The notes: generated by a model from the letters alone, not told the origin. DNA of 64,000 bases from Eledone cirrhosa (GCA_964016885.1 OZ024740.1:383408001-383472000), one strand, 5' to 3'; numbered from the stretch's first letter, positions 1 to 14,321 are shown. Program-made: numbers and translations.

Positions 1-264
1 TACTCATTCATTTCAATGAATTCATTTCTGTTACTCTATAAAACCAGCCAATTCTCAACAGTAACAATATGTGTTACGATTGATTTTTTCAAATATTCCA
101 GTAATCCGCTACTCAAATAAATATTGATACTTATTCTAGAATGTGGTTGTGTTCCACTCGCTTGAATTTCCTTTTATTGGTAATTGCATTTGCTGTTGCG
201 GGTAGTGGACATGGACAATTAGCATTTGTTTGTTTTTAGTTTTATTATTTTAACATTATTGAAG

Positions 265-443
265 GGTGGTGGTTTGGCAGCATCGGTAGAGCGTCAGCCA
301 CCATGCTTTGTAACATTGGTCCTTTTACATTCTGAGTTCAAATACCACCAGGTCAACTTCGTTTTTCATCTTTAAGGTGTTGACAAGAGAAAGCATGTAC
401 TGGGGTATTTGATGGCATTGTCCCAAATGTAGAAACATTATTT
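265..443 (+). mobile_element. Degraded tRNA-derived SINE copy
   Basis: A-box-like TGGCAGCATCGG, B-box-like GTTCAAATAC and tail ...GTCCCAAATGTAGAAACATTATT; collinear with the copy at 43534-43718. Confidence 0.7.
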
Positions 444-1082
444 TTTATTTATTAGTCCCGAGACTCAGAATTATTATCTCGTATTAGTTCACTTTGCTGC
501 ACTGGGTGGTTGCTGGAATTGTGCCCGGGATGGAAACCTTTATTGTTTATTTCGTGGTAGTCTCTTTAGTATTTTGGCCCCTTTTGTTGACCCGTCACCG
601 TATCATTTACGTACTTATACCTCTTAAAAGGGTCCTCGCCTAATCCGTCCCACCTAGTTCTTTTACTTATTTCGTTATTTCTTTATTTCTTTCTTTACTT
701 CTTTCTTTCTTTATTTATTTATTTATTCTAGACTAACAATAGCTAGAGACCTAGGCCGTAGAATTTAATTTACTTTACTTTTTTCTTTACACTCATTTGT
801 TTTTCTTTACACTTATTTGCTTTTTTCAGTATTTTTTCTTTCCTATATATTTCTACCCCCCATTGTTCTACCTACCGTTCCGACTTCCTCCCCCTCCCCC
901 TCCCCTGTATCTTCTTTGACCTCATGCCCAGCTGTAGCTGGCACTACAAACGCTTGATTGGGGCTACTCCACCCCCTCCCCTCTTTCTCCTACTGGCAGG
1001 TTTAGCCACCATCTCCCCTACTAATTTGCAACCACAGAATTACTACTGATTTTTGACAATCACTTTGACCATATATGGAATT

Positions 1083-1176
1083 ACCCCTTGAGAAGATCGG
1101 CTATTTAAATACCAGGATAAATTTTCATTTAGTCCAGAATTAGCCGTCGAAACGGCTTGAGCTCAGCTGTCGGGGT
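1083..1176 (+). ncRNA. Type I hammerhead ribozyme (U3-A8 core variant) in a PLE pLTR-like repeat ending at (TA)n
   Basis: Stem I ACCCC(1083-87)/GGGGT(1172-76); core TTGAGAA(1088-94); stem II GA(T)CGGCTA/TAGCCGTC; GAAA(1149-52); stem III ACGGCT/AGCTGT; GTC triplet with predicted cleavage after C1171. Confidence 0.75.
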
Positions 1177-1267
1177 CTTACTGGTTCCTATTACCCACCG
1201 TACTACCTCAAGTATTGAGTACTTTGGTGCGTTATGGTCCACCTGGTTCCTTACCACACTTCCTTCG

Positions 1268-1321
<54 letters not shown>

Positions 1322-1782
1322 ATAGATATAGATATGCATGTACGTATTGAAATAAGATTTGCACGAGATCAACTGACAGTTTTCCCTGTTAAAGTTATAT
1401 ATTTAATGCTATTTCTCGAATATAGATATAATCTCTTACAGACATATTTCTTCTCTGCATTACAGCATCGTGACATTCGTCAATTTGGGTTAATATAGGT
1501 CTTTCTGTTACTAACTTATTTTCCAAACGCATGAAATGTTACGTGTATACACCATGATTTTTTTTCAAACGTAATAATAATACAGGCAAGATCTACATTA
1601 TGTGAAATGAATTCCTATAAATTTTTATCCCGTTAAACGAAATGTGCATTTGAATACAGACACGTGATATATTCATTCTGAATTTTACTCCAATATTTAT
1701 CAAGGAAAACAGAACATACCTCTATAAAATGCGTTCCCTTGTTTCAAAGAAAAGTCAGCAGGATAATGTACTATTCAATAAT

Positions 1783-1839
1783 TGTTTCTACTTTAGGCAC
1801 AAGGCCAGCAATTATCCAGTGCATTACTGGTACTTTATT
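1783..1839 (-). mobile_element. 5'-truncated SINE 3' fragment with 19-bp TSD
   Basis: Reverse complement of the SINE tail; TAATGTACTATTCAATAAT is duplicated at 1764-1782 and 1840-1858. Confidence 0.8.
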
Positions 1840-2708
1840 TAATGTACTATTCAATAATAATGCTTGTATATATATATATATAAGAGATTATGGGTCTCTT
1901 ATAAGGACCTGCGAATGTTAAAGGCTATGTATGATTTATCTTCACAAATGTTGTTTTTCTTTTTGCTTTGTGTTTGTTTATTTCAACGCTTTGACGTTTG
2001 CATTTATTGATTTCCTTCATAAGATTTACTCATCTAAATAGTAGTGGAAATTGTTGTCTATTAACATTTAGTTCTTATTGACTGCACTTTACCATATAGC
2101 TATTATCCTATAGAAAGCTAGTCTCTTTCTAGATTTTTATTACGATGGCCTTCATTCTGCTTTCTAACACCATAATATTGGCTCTGTATCGGTACTAAAC
2201 ATGAAATATTATTACTTTCGAAAAGTTTTAATTAAAATAAATATATTAAATTTCTTCTCACATTATACCGCTGCATCTGTTACACTAGTTTTCTTATATT
2301 CAAATGGATTTTGCTACCACAAAACATTTCATTAGAGAAAGCAACCTGGCTGAAGAAAAATAAACTACAATTTATGATACCAAATTACATAACACTCTAT
2401 CTGATACATGCCACCTATACTCAAAACGAAATATACTCATATCTCACGTCGGAGAAATTATGAGAGAAAATATGCAATAGGTGCCAACTATAGTTTCCAT
2501 TTTTTTCTAACATATATTTTGTGTTATCTTTTTAAAACGCTTGGGAAACGTATCAATGTCTCGATTTCAGTGTCTATTTATAAGGAACGTTTCATCTTGG
2601 GTTAACATGAAAAACAAAATATATTTCCTGTGATATAATGTACGTATTTCTATTAAACTTAATTCAATGATTTATCATAGCATACAAATGCACCTAAAAT
2701 TAAAAGAG

Positions 2709-2748
2709 GCTAGCAGAAAAACCACCCCTCGGGTGGTTTTCTACTAGC
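2709..2748. repeat. Short imperfect palindrome/hairpin
   Basis: GCTAGCAGAAAAACCACCC-CTC-GGGTGGTTTTCTACTAGC. Confidence 0.7.
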
Positions 2749-3010
2749 ATGTGTAGTGTGTATATTGATATTATACGCAAGAATATGTGCATCGTAATTG
2801 ACAATATACACAGAAATTGAACGAAGACTGCGTTACACTGTCTTATGTAATCAGTAACTTAATCAATGATACATTAAAAAAAGACGATATTATATATAAA
2901 CTGCATTAGGAGAAAATTAGTGACAGAAATATATGAATATTTATTTAGACGATCATTAACCGGAAGTGTTGACATTTGAAAATTTTAAAGAAGTGAATCA
3001 TTAAATAAGT

Positions 3011-3200
3011 AATAATTATTTCTACTTTTGGCACAAGGCCAGCAATTACCCAGTGTATTACTGGTACTTTATTTTATCGACCCTGTAAGGATGAAAGGCA
3101 AAGTTAACCTCGGCGGGATTTGAACTCAGAATGGCAAGGGCCGTAACTCTATGCGTCAAAGCATGGCGTCCCACCCTCTACCGATACTGCTAATCCACCG
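3011..3200 (-). mobile_element. Near full-length tRNA-derived SINE
   Basis: Reverse complement of the 43534-43718 SINE: B box GTTCAAATCC, core TTTGCCTTTCATCCTTACAGGGTCGATAAAATAAAGTACC, tail GGCCTTGTGCCAAAAGTAGAAA(T). Confidence 0.85.
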
Positions 3201-3699
3201 ATAATGAACAGCTACGAAATGTATTAGATAAATTATGGAATATTCATTCATTATTTATTCAAAGTAATCCAACTTATTTTACTAAAGGGATAAAAAAATG
3301 ATAAAACGTACGCGGTCCCGCGCTTCTTACTTCATTATAGTTTAGATCCCTATTGAATAACAAATTGACGAATGTACTTGCAAGATAAGGCATACGCAAC
3401 AAAAGTATATTCTGTAATAATGACATCTACTTTTTTTAGAGCTAAACATGGGGGTAGTTTAGTGCTGTCGTTTTTAGGACCATAGTCTTTTATTACAACC
3501 GTTTCAAGTTTCAAAGAAAATTGTTAGCTCGATGGGTTTTGATCATTATCCAATGACACTGAAATGCTGAAATATTTTACTCTATGGCCCTACCTTTTCT
3601 GCCATAATTGTCATTAGTAAATTATGTAATTATTTAATAATTAAATTTATATTATTGCAATTGTTAATATGTTACATAAATAATGCAAGACTGTTTTCA

Positions 3700-4130
3700 A
3701 AATACGTGTATGGAAGAAACCGCTTCTAAGCATACACTTATAAACCTGGCATATAATTGCTGGACGGCATGTCATTGTGAGCAAGCTTCTGTCTGTGGTA
3801 ACATGAAAGCTGATTCCAAACATTATACATACAAAAGATTGTAGAACCGAATAGACGGTCAATGAAAATTGAGCAGCTTTCAGTGGCAATTGTTATTTCC
3901 TCTCACCAAAGAGACACATTGACGTAGGATATTACAATGCTCTAGATCAATATACACTTTCACGTTCAGTAGGAAATTAGAGAAATTGTCTTCATGTGTT
4001 TGCCTGTAGCTATACATTGAAAGTACGAATGCCAGCAAGACCAACATTTTCTTCTAATGCTCCCATGGTCGACAACATTACTCACTGGGGCGAATACAAT
4101 GTATTCTTTGGTCGCCTGAAGTATGTGGCA
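3700..4130 (-). pseudogene. Possible highly decayed Ty3/Gypsy RNase H fragment
   Basis: Translation VLQSFVCIMFGISFHVTTDRSLL resembles the Gypsy RNase H motif F..YL.G..F.V.TDHKPL; many stops nearby. Confidence 0.3.
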
Positions 4131-5865
4131 TTTTTAGAAATATTATCTGTGGTCTGTATATGAAACAATTTTCATCTCTCCATTTTTAACATGAATAAGA
4201 ATATGGACATGTCTTCTCTATTTCCAGTAATCCTTAATTGCTGTTTTGTTTATATTCAATGAAATTTCAAGTTATACTCGGCAATTGCTACACACCATTC
4301 CTCATCTCTGAAGACACATTCGCTATTACACCTAATTAAATTTATTAATGTGATATCCCCTACAATATCATAAAAGAAATACTATTTGAATAGGATTAAT
4401 GATTTCATTTTGAATAATAGGCTTCAATCAATATGTTGCTTTATTGCTTTAGTTTTGACTTTATTTCCAATTTAGATTTCTTCCGTTTTGCATTTTGCTT
4501 ATTAATCTTTACTGAAGATATTTATTTTTTCTGCTTTCATCTTTGTCTTTTGTTTTACCATTTCTTTTTCCTTTTCCTTCTTTTCCAGAGATGCTGTTAT
4601 CGTTTTCTATGATTAAGTATTTCTTTTATCATTATATCACTTCCGCTCTTAATAGATAATAAGACACTTTCCCATTACTATTCCCTTTCACATATTCACT
4701 CACATCTTGGCCCACTCACTGGCTCACTTATTCTCCGCTTAATTCGTTCCTCCCTCTCATCACTCTCTCACCTATATATGTTTAAGTGTGAGTGTGAGTA
4801 TAAATGTGTGTGTGTTTGTTGTACATGTTTGTGTGTGTATGTGTATAACATATGTGCATTTAATTCTCTTTCATGATTAAGTCCCCTACAAGCATCGATT
4901 CTCTATCATGTTTACACTTGATGTTTATGTATTTATTTTTATTAAGCAACACTTTTCCATATATCTAGTTCTAGTGAATGTCACATACATCCACATCATA
5001 TTTTCGCATAAAGATTCTAGATAGCATTAGCTGTTTCATTCTGCCCCATATAATGTACAGACCAACAGCAAATATGTATTTTTTGGTACATTCTTCAGAG
5101 TATCTTGTAGTTCGTTACATTTCTGCATTGTTGAGAGATGTGATAGATCGCATTTTAAAGGCATTAACATTAGAGATGATCATATAACGAAAGCAACGTA
5201 AATTTAATCCTTTTGTGAGGTCAGAAGTCCCAAATGTGTACTTAGTTTGCTCAGAATTAAATTAAATGTTGATTCCTTACATAAACAAAATGTAGCCTAT
5301 TTATCTGGAGGAATTTTGTGAAGAGCTTTTGTGATGAAAATGATGAAATACTAATATTATTCTGTTTGCATTCTTCAAATCCATTTAAATTGAAAAGGGT
5401 TGAATGAAGATTTAAAAAGGAAAAAAGTATGCAATTATATAAACTCATCACTAATTTCTTCCAGGTTCCTCTAAAATTTAAAATTCATCTTCGTTAATTT
5501 TCTGTTCCACAATGCATTGGCTTGTGTTTGGAATGTTCCAATAACATATCAGTTATTTTATGAGAAGCCGTTGCAGGTAATGCTGTGAGTTGTCTTCCAG
5601 GAACATATTGATGGCACAGCGTAATCGAATTAACTTATACTTAATTTATAAAACAAAATTTGATCTAAACCAAAACACATGTCACAATTTACTTTCTCTG
5701 ACGCTTAGTTAACTTTACCAACTTACAGCATTTTGAATACTTATACTAAAGTATTTCTTATAACTCTATAGATGTTGGTATCTATTACTTTTCATCCCTG
5801 CTTGTTTTCCTATGCAACAGAATCCCCTATTCGGAGGTAACATCTCACTATCATATCACATATTA

Positions 5866-5970
<105 letters not shown>

Positions 5971-7569
5971 TCCCCACTATTCATGTATCCTTTTTTCTTT
6001 ACCTCCTTATCTTATCTATCGTTTATTAATCTATTTCTGTCACATCAAATTTCTCATTATGATAACCTTTCCACTCACACCAAAATACCCTTTGTTGTAG
6101 AATATTAATCCTTTGTGCCCTGAAATTCATTGTCCGTTTTTCTTCGACTTGTAACATGCACACATACGTGCAGAATCTTACACACCCATTCATGCATCAC
6201 AAAGTAGTCGTGAGACGTTAATGAAGACAAATGTTTTTATCCAATCAAAACCGAAATGGATCGTAACAGTTGCAAACTTATTTTACTGTGGGGCTAATTA
6301 CGTGCTATATATCCTGTATATCTGTATACGTTTATTTATAAGTACGAGAAATGTTAGCCTTTTTCTGACTAATCATGGAAGTCCTATTTTCGAAGTGTGA
6401 AAATTTGCAAGTTGAGCGTTGAGTCTTACAAAATACTATGAAGAAGTAAATGAAATGAAACGGTATCTAGATGCATAAGAACTGTTCGTTAAATTATGCT
6501 TGAAATATTTATTTGTTACACTGTCACAAAGGCACATCAATGTGTTGCATACTACCTAGTGGCATTCGAATCTATCTTCATATTTCCTTAGTAACTGCAT
6601 CCCCCAAACTGAAAGGATAAACGGAGATGTATTCTGAATGGTATGTATCTCAAAATGGAAGGCGATTCAAGGAGTATGAAATGATCGATTCAACACATTT
6701 CAATATTTATTTTTAACCTTGGTAGAAAAATATTACTATTAACTCCGCTGACACATGCACTCATGGGGTAAAGAAATAGATAATCCATAACATATATTCA
6801 ATGTTGAAGGCCATTTCTTCTGCCAATGCTAACACCCTTGTAGCCCTTAATCCATATGATATTACCATTCCGCTTCTAATGAGCCGCTTCATTTAGAACT
6901 CATTCAAACATTCAGTTGCCATACAAAATAAAATTACAGAAACGAATGAGATGTAATGCACATTAATATTAATGGATTTAATATATGGAGGGTAAACTAA
7001 CAAACAAATAAATCGTTATTTTTGAATAACTTCGAAAATATTTGAAAGCATCTTATAGAAATTTCTGGCACTGTAGACTTTATGTCTAGGAATGTCGCTC
7101 GTGAAAATATGTTGCATAAATAAAATAATATATATATATTCTTAACCACACACACATATATGTGTGTGAGTTTATAGAAAATATTTTAAACATAAACACA
7201 TATCCACAGACAAGTTTGTGTGAGTGTGTTTCTTTGTGTTATTTACATTTGCTTGTAGGCGAATGTACGATTTGCTTGTTTTCTGGACTAGTAGAGTGGA
7301 AATATGTGATATTTTATTGCACTGTTCTTTTATTTTATTTTCTATGATTCTTAGAGAATTAAAGTTATTTTCCTATTATCAGTAGGGGTTAGTTCAATGA
7401 CAAACATAATGACGATATGATGAAAGTCATTCAAACATTATATCATATCACTCATCGAATCATATACTTTTATCCACAATTAGCAGATGGAGGTCAATTT
7501 AGTCCCATTCAAGTCTGGTGTCCCTATGTCTCTCGGAGCAGATCTCACGTGTGTGAATAGAACTTAAAG

Positions 7570-7629
7570 AGATAGATAAATAGATATTTAGATAGATAGA
7601 TATATATATATAGATAGATAGATAGATAT

Positions 7630-7716
<87 letters not shown>
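7570..7716. repeat. (GATA)n microsatellite
   Basis: Direct reading. Confidence 0.95.
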
Positions 7717-7999
7717 CTTGTGTGTCTGTGTGCCTTTGTTAACTTTGCCTACATATTATCTATATCACAGGGGCTGTGATCCACAAACATGCCTTCTAAA
7801 CATTCCTATCATATACTTCCATGTGCACATGATGCGACTGGATCCCCAAGTGAGACCAACCGAGGTTTTCTATGCTCTATACCTAACCTGCTAGTGCTCT
7901 ATCATTCGGTTTCCCGCAGATTGGTTTTTGTCTATATATTTGTCATTATACACTCTAACACAAGCTCTTCGGGGGATTCCCATTTCTGCCGCTTGTATT

Positions 8000-8860
8000 C
8001 GTGAATTTGATCCTTTGACGGCTTAGCACCACTCTAAATACGAACATTGTGTGTGACTGAATTTCTTTATGTGTACTTGTGTCGGTGTGTGTCTACATGT
8101 TTATGTATGAGTGAGTGTTATTAGAGTGTGTGTTTGGGTGGCTTTATAATGTGAGTGTGTTTATGCGCGTGTGTGCATACGCTTATATGACTGTCAGTAT
8201 CCGTTTGGGTGTGTGTACCAAATGGGAAGAGATATAAATACCTATAGCTTGTGAAGGAGGTATTTGATGGAAGGGTGTGTAGCCGTCTGCTGTCTGTGCT
8301 ATTTCAGGAAATGGTGTGGTTTCTTGTGAGTGTAGGGGAATAGTGGTTGGATGGCTATGTGTAGGAGAGAGAGAAAGGAAACTCCGTGTTTTAACGGAAT
8401 TAGGCATATTAGAGAAAAGGTGAATCAAGGTATTGGAATATTGGACGAGGAGGTTAGCGTAGTTTCAAAGGATCATTGTGAGATCATGTAGTTTGTGTTT
8501 GTTTGTGGTGTTGGTGGCAAGGCTGATGGTGATGGGGTTGGTGTGTGATATCATGTTATTTTAGTAGGTGAATTGTACTGCTTCTCTTAATTAGGAAAGT
8601 TGGTTTATATTAATTAGTGGTGTTACTTTAGAAGTATTAGTGTTATAAGTGTTTAATTAATCGCTAGTGTTAATTAATGTTTTAGAATATTAGTCGTGTT
8701 AATTAATGTTTTAAAATATTAGTCGTATTGTTTTAGTTAACCGGCCATCTTAGTATAGTTAATTAATTGATTATTTATTCGTGTTATAATTAATTGTATT
8801 TATGTATCTGTGGTCGTGTTGGTATATTTAATTAATAGTTGCATTATGCTTTAAATTGAG
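8000..8860 (-). mobile_element. Very decayed Penelope-like (Naiad-type) remnant
   Basis: Minus-strand NTLIHLFSNMPNSVK resembles the KLSYS.MPN motif of the better copies at 11.2 kb and 52.4 kb; similar base composition. Confidence 0.3.
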
Positions 8861-9126
8861 AGATCACAACTCCACTATTACAAACATGTGATATGAATGT
8901 CTCAGGAAATAGAAATAATCATTGGATGGGAAGCCAAAAGCGCTTAGGGATCGAGCCGGATAAAAAAGAGGATTGTTGAGTGTAAGAGAATTCGTTGAAA
9001 GGCTAGCTTGAAGAGTCTGCCCCCATCATATTCACTAGAATTATTGGGCTAAGAAGAAGAAAAATATCCTTGTTCTCGAAACTAGACCATATGATGATTA
9101 ATATATATTTCAACACACACACACAC

Positions 9127-9231
<105 letters not shown>

Positions 9232-9239
9232 TTCAGAAT

Positions 9240-11668
9240 TGGTTCAGTTTGATACTGGCTAGACCAGTACTTACCAGAGTACTTGATACTTGGGTTACAA
9301 GAGTATGGTTATATTATAAATATTTGGGACTCGACGGCTTAGATCTTGTTGTTTCAACAGCTAGTTCCATATTGATTGCTGAAGGGGTTGGTGTTTTACT
9401 GGTTGTGTCATCGGGGGATGTAGTTTGTCCAAATAAGAGCATACATTATTTATCCAATTATAAATTCTCTTCATATAATTGATAAATTGTTTTATAGTTA
9501 GTGAGTGGTTGTGTGTGTAGATATCATTGTGAGTGTTTGCTGTGTGCGAGTATGTGCGCATCCGAGTGTATCTCCCTCGTCAACTTGAGATAGAATAATC
9601 GTGGAGAGTGGGTAGAATTATATTTATCGAAAAACTATATTAATTTGTGTTTGTATGTGTATGTTTGTGTGTGTGTTTCTGTGTGTGTGTTTCTGTGTGT
9701 GTGTGTGTTTGTGTGTGTGTGTCTATGGTTGTTTTTGTTTGGACCTCGGCATCAGTATCGCGAACTTCAGACAATAGAATTGGCGTCAAACTTACCAACA
9801 AATCTCCGTAATCAAAGAATTGTCCAACTTCACTGATTGGCAAATTAAATATATGTCAACGAAGTGACGATTTGTTTGAAAAACAATTAACCGGTGCATT
9901 TATTTCCTAGTAACTAAGCTAGTACTTAAATTACCTTAAATTACGGTTTGGAGTATAGATTTCATATATTTATGATTTCCACATTTCGTTGTACTACAGA
10001 GATAGTGATGTTGATTATCTTTCATGTAATTGTATTGCAATAGGTGGAGTGGATGATAAATATGTATTATGCAATGTAATAGACCTATGTTTGTCTTGAG
10101 TGCGTATGTGTGTTCCAAGGGTTTTTCTCTGCTGTCCACGTGCAATCAGGTGTTGGTATTTCTGTAATGGAGAGCTAGGGTGTTGTTGTAGTGTGGGTGT
10201 TAACTTTTTAATGCCACTATCGTAAAAAGGTAGTTCGTACCTATTTAGGAATAGATGTATGTAGCTAAACTGTTCAATGTTAGGCTTCGGTAGGTGGAAG
10301 AAGAGATGTTTATGTAGTGGTTGCATGTCCTATTCATATTGTTTTGACAAATGATGGCATGTGAGTTTTTCTGTGACACTGTCGGCTTGAGTGTTTCAAA
10401 GAGCAAGTTATGTGCGTATTTCTGGGTGCTAGTGAGGACTGCTGGTGACGTGTGTGTGGAGTAGTGTTAGATCGTGTGTAAGCGCTAGTTCTGTGTTTAT
10501 TACTAGGTGCTATTAGAGTCTGCTATTGAATTTTGTGTGGAGTTGTGCTCGTTTGTGTGTATGTGCTATATAGCTCTAGGTATGTATTTGCCAGTGTGGA
10601 TGCATGATTGTGTGTACAACCGTAATATGTTGATCTCAGCTGTCTGTTGCAATGTGTGTATGTACAAAGATTGTTTAGAAAATTACCTTACCTGGGTCAT
10701 GAGAAGTTCTGAATTTGTGGTATGATATATAAATCCGGTTTTTCGATGAGGCCACGAGTTCATACTTTTTGTTTAATATTTGTGCCGTGGCGAAATGCAT
10801 TTGGATTGTCTCCTTAGATCAAACATTATATGGATGGCGTCTTTCTGTATAAGGTTTGTCTTTGGACACGGGTCTCCAATTCAGTTCATAGGTGATGTTG
10901 TCGCAGAAAATCCAAATATAGTTACATAGAAATATAGCATTTCTCCAGGCCGGGTTTCCAAATGTATTTTGGCCTTCAAAAACCTAGTCTTGTATTCGCA
11001 GGTGTTTAAGCTTTGTTGGTATGTACCGTCGTGACGTTGTACTTTTATACCTGATTAGGTTGCCAGGAAATGATGTTTAAAGGAAAATGTGTTTTGTCCA
11101 TGCAATTACATTGCCTAGATTCCTCTTCACTGATGTCAGAATGGTGTCTATTGGAATTGAGTTTGGCCATATTTGAGGACACCACGATTTTTGTAAAGTT
11201 GGGTGCGGTGCTGTAGGAAAGTTGAGTTGTGTTTTTTTATCAAGATGTGGTATCGATCGTGTGGCGTGAAGTGTTTATTGAGAAGTTTAAAGAAAATCAC
11301 CCATTTAGTGAGGTGACATCAGCATTGTGAGGAGGATTACTCCACGTCATGTAGCGTGAGCGGCGACACCACTTGTTAATTCTACTAATGAAGCTTGGGT
11401 AAGTTGTTCGTTAAATTCGCTTTTTTAAGAGCCTGTTTGTAGTGCGGCGCATTTTCTTAGCAGATCGGCTCCTTAGCAAACAGGCGTGTTATACAGAGGG
11501 AGATATTATTTACCAAATGTTGACTTATATTATTTGGGTGGTCCGAACAATTGTGGATGTATCGTAAGTTTACGTTGGGTTTCTGGAAGGGAAAGCGCAG
11601 TTGGTTATCAAAATTCATGGTTACGCCCAAGAATTTGGTAGAGGTGAAGGAGGTATGTAACGTGAACT
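9240..11668 (-). mobile_element. Decayed 5'-truncated Penelope-like element (Naiad-type): RT thumb, linker, EN remnants and 3' pLTR
   Basis: Broken minus-strand translation KFLGVTMNF...PFQKPNVNLRYIHNCSDHP...HYKQALKKA...RRSRYMTWSNPPHN...KHF...QLSYSTAPNF...CNC; the 3' part shares CAAGTATCAAGTACTCTGGT with the 1.2-kb repeat and lies next to (TA)n. Confidence 0.65.
9328..9418 (-). ncRNA. Degenerate hammerhead ribozyme remnant
   Basis: Minus strand CCGATGA-CACAACCAGT...ACTAGCTGTT-GAAA-CAACAAGATCTAAGCC-GTC; core and stems carry mismatches. Confidence 0.4.
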
Positions 11669-11776
11669 AAGTTATATATATATAAATGGAATTGGAGATA
11701 TACAAAAGCGTGGAGAACTTAATATTGCTAACAAAAATGTATTGGACAGTTTGACACAACCAATAATACACCTTAC

Positions 11777-11808
<32 letters not shown>

Positions 11809-11862
11809 TATATATATATATACACACGCATATATACAAACACACATAGATACATATATATT

Positions 11863-11956
<94 letters not shown>

Positions 11957-12155
11957 TATATATACATTAAAGAACTTACCATCTCACATTAGTAGGAATG
12001 GAGCAGGTGTAGTAGGTACTATATATGACAATTACAAATCCATCCGGTGACAAAAGCAGCCGAAGTATGCATTGATATAGTTAATACAAGAGAGAATAAA
12101 GCAACTAGTGCATGTGTTCTTATTTGAAACATGACCAATACATACATAACAATAT

Positions 12156-12202
<47 letters not shown>

Positions 12203-12278
12203 AGTGTGTGTATGTATATATGCATGTATATATATATTTATATATAATATGTGTGTGTGTGTATGTATATATTTATAT

Positions 12279-12311
<33 letters not shown>

Positions 12312-13731
12312 TTGTGTGTGTGTGTGAGAGAGAGTGTGTATGTGTCTGTGTGTATATATGCATATATAAAATACGTTCCATTGTTCTTAGTTTGTATGAA
12401 AATAGACAGCTTCTTTGAAAAGAAACCAATCTACTACATCAGCCATTTTATTTTTTTGTAGTTCTATTATATTTTTATTCAACAATTTTCTCCATTTCTT
12501 CATCGTGTACATGTTTTCAGTCACTCCTTTTTTTATTGTTTTCCCTTTCCTTATTTTTCCCTATCTTTCCATTACTATTTTCAGATCTGCAAATATGTCG
12601 TATTTTCTTTTTTACTTTGCTTTTTAGTTTCACTTCTTTTTTTTATCCTTTTATCTTGCCTGTTCTGGCATTTTTAGTGGTTTTTGCGTCATTGAGGTAC
12701 AATCCGAAACAATAACATCCAGTTGTGATGTCTATATTTATTTTAACTGCTCTTCTGGCTCCAAGACGTTTTGACTGCGCACTAATTAAATTCCCACTGA
12801 ATTTGTCTCTTTTCATTTTGAATTGACATCTGGTGGCCGAATTCATATTATAGAGTTTTTCATGTATTTCTTAATTTTCTACCATTTTCACTCACATTTC
12901 TGTTTGTGGTACAAGTTTGAATCATCCACAGAGGTGTCGATAGACCAGCTTTGCAACATCAATCATTTTAGACGTTTACATATACACACGTGTGCTTTGC
13001 TGTCTGCGTCATGTATATTAGCAGACGTCTAAAATCTAATATTTAATCTGCTAATTCCAAACTTTCGTTCTCGATATATTATTGTTGTCCAGGCAAAATG
13101 AATTTTCAGACCATTGACAATTGAATCTTTAATATAGATTAATTCAATTTTTTGGGATGTTTATGTTGGTTATTTCAAATACATGGAAATGTATTCAATT
13201 AAATTGAATAAATGTCATTTGACGTTGTTTCTGAAATCAGAATTCAAAACAAGCTAGTATCAAGGGAGAAAAATATTTATTTCGTAAATATTTTTTTTTT
13301 CCTTTGATAACGATGATACCATATATTTATTTTATATAACCATATATAATATATGCTTTCATATATACCCTGATAATGCTTACACGATGTCTCAATGCAA
13401 CTGCTGATAAATTATCACGAGCCAAGTTCGCGGTATCGGCAAATGAATATTTCAGCCGTATTATCTATTTGCTATAAGAAAAAGAGCGTCCCCAGAAAAC
13501 ATTAATATCGTAAAATATTTATATTTCCAAGTCAGTACCAGTTGCGTGAATGTAAGTGACGCAAGATTAATGAATCTTAAAGCAGCGCTCTTCGGCATCC
13601 TCGACCGATACTGACATTCTCTGAAGTGTTCAAAGGACAAAGGAGAGGAAAATAATGTTATCGTTACGAAAAAATATTTTCTTTGATAAAGGGTCTTATA
13701 TATGTTTATTGGTTATAAACACATTGTATTA

Positions 13732-13841
13732 TTCTGTTCAAATTCCGTCGAGGTTAACTTTGCCTTTCATCCTTGCCGGGTCGATAAAATAAAGTACCAG
13801 TAATGCACTGACATAATTGGTAGCCTTCTGCCAATAGTGTA

Positions 13842-13846
<5 letters not shown>
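13732..13846 (+). mobile_element. 5'-truncated SINE
   Basis: GTTCAAATTCCGTCGAGGTTAACTTTGCCTTTCATCC...GGGTCGATAAAATAAAGTACC plus tail. Confidence 0.8.
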
Positions 13847-13883
<37 letters not shown>

Positions 13884-13886
<3 letters not shown>

Positions 13887-14078
13887 CGAAGGAAGTGTGG
13901 TAAGGAACCAGGTGGACCATAACGCACCAGAGTACTCGATACTTTGGGTAGTAGAGTGGGGAATAGGAAAAGAGTCAGAACCACGACTGCAGAGCTCAAG
14001 CCGTTCCGACAGCTATTTCTGAATCCTGAAATAGGTATTGAAACGGCTTGAGTTCTGCCGTCGGGGTTCAGACTCTTT
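13884..14078 (-). mobile_element. Second copy of the 1.1-1.27 kb pLTR-like repeat, folded back through the hammerhead and flanked by (TA)n
   Basis: 13884-14010 is the reverse complement of ~1145-1269; 13968-14078 is an imperfect inverted repeat containing the hammerhead 3' half GAAACGGCTTGAGTTCTGCCGTCGGGG. Confidence 0.75.
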
Positions 14079-14321
14079 ATATATATATATATATAATATT
14101 TAATATATAAATGGCTTGTACAGGACTAGAACTGTTTTTTTCAAAGGAAATCATCAGGAAATACGTTTCCTTCGAATGAAAGAGCTCTATTCATGTAGTT
14201 GCCATCTCTGTATTAAATATTGTATATACTCTACTATGTATTGAGTACCTTACTTACTGTGGTTTCCCACGACTGAACCCGACACACACACACACACATA
14301 CATACATACATATATATATAT

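Noticed and set aside
12380-13040. Purine-skewed minus-strand stretch resembling decayed coding sequence (also 5.3-5.6 kb and 40.1-40.65 kb)
   Set aside because: Multiple stops and no family recognisable without a search
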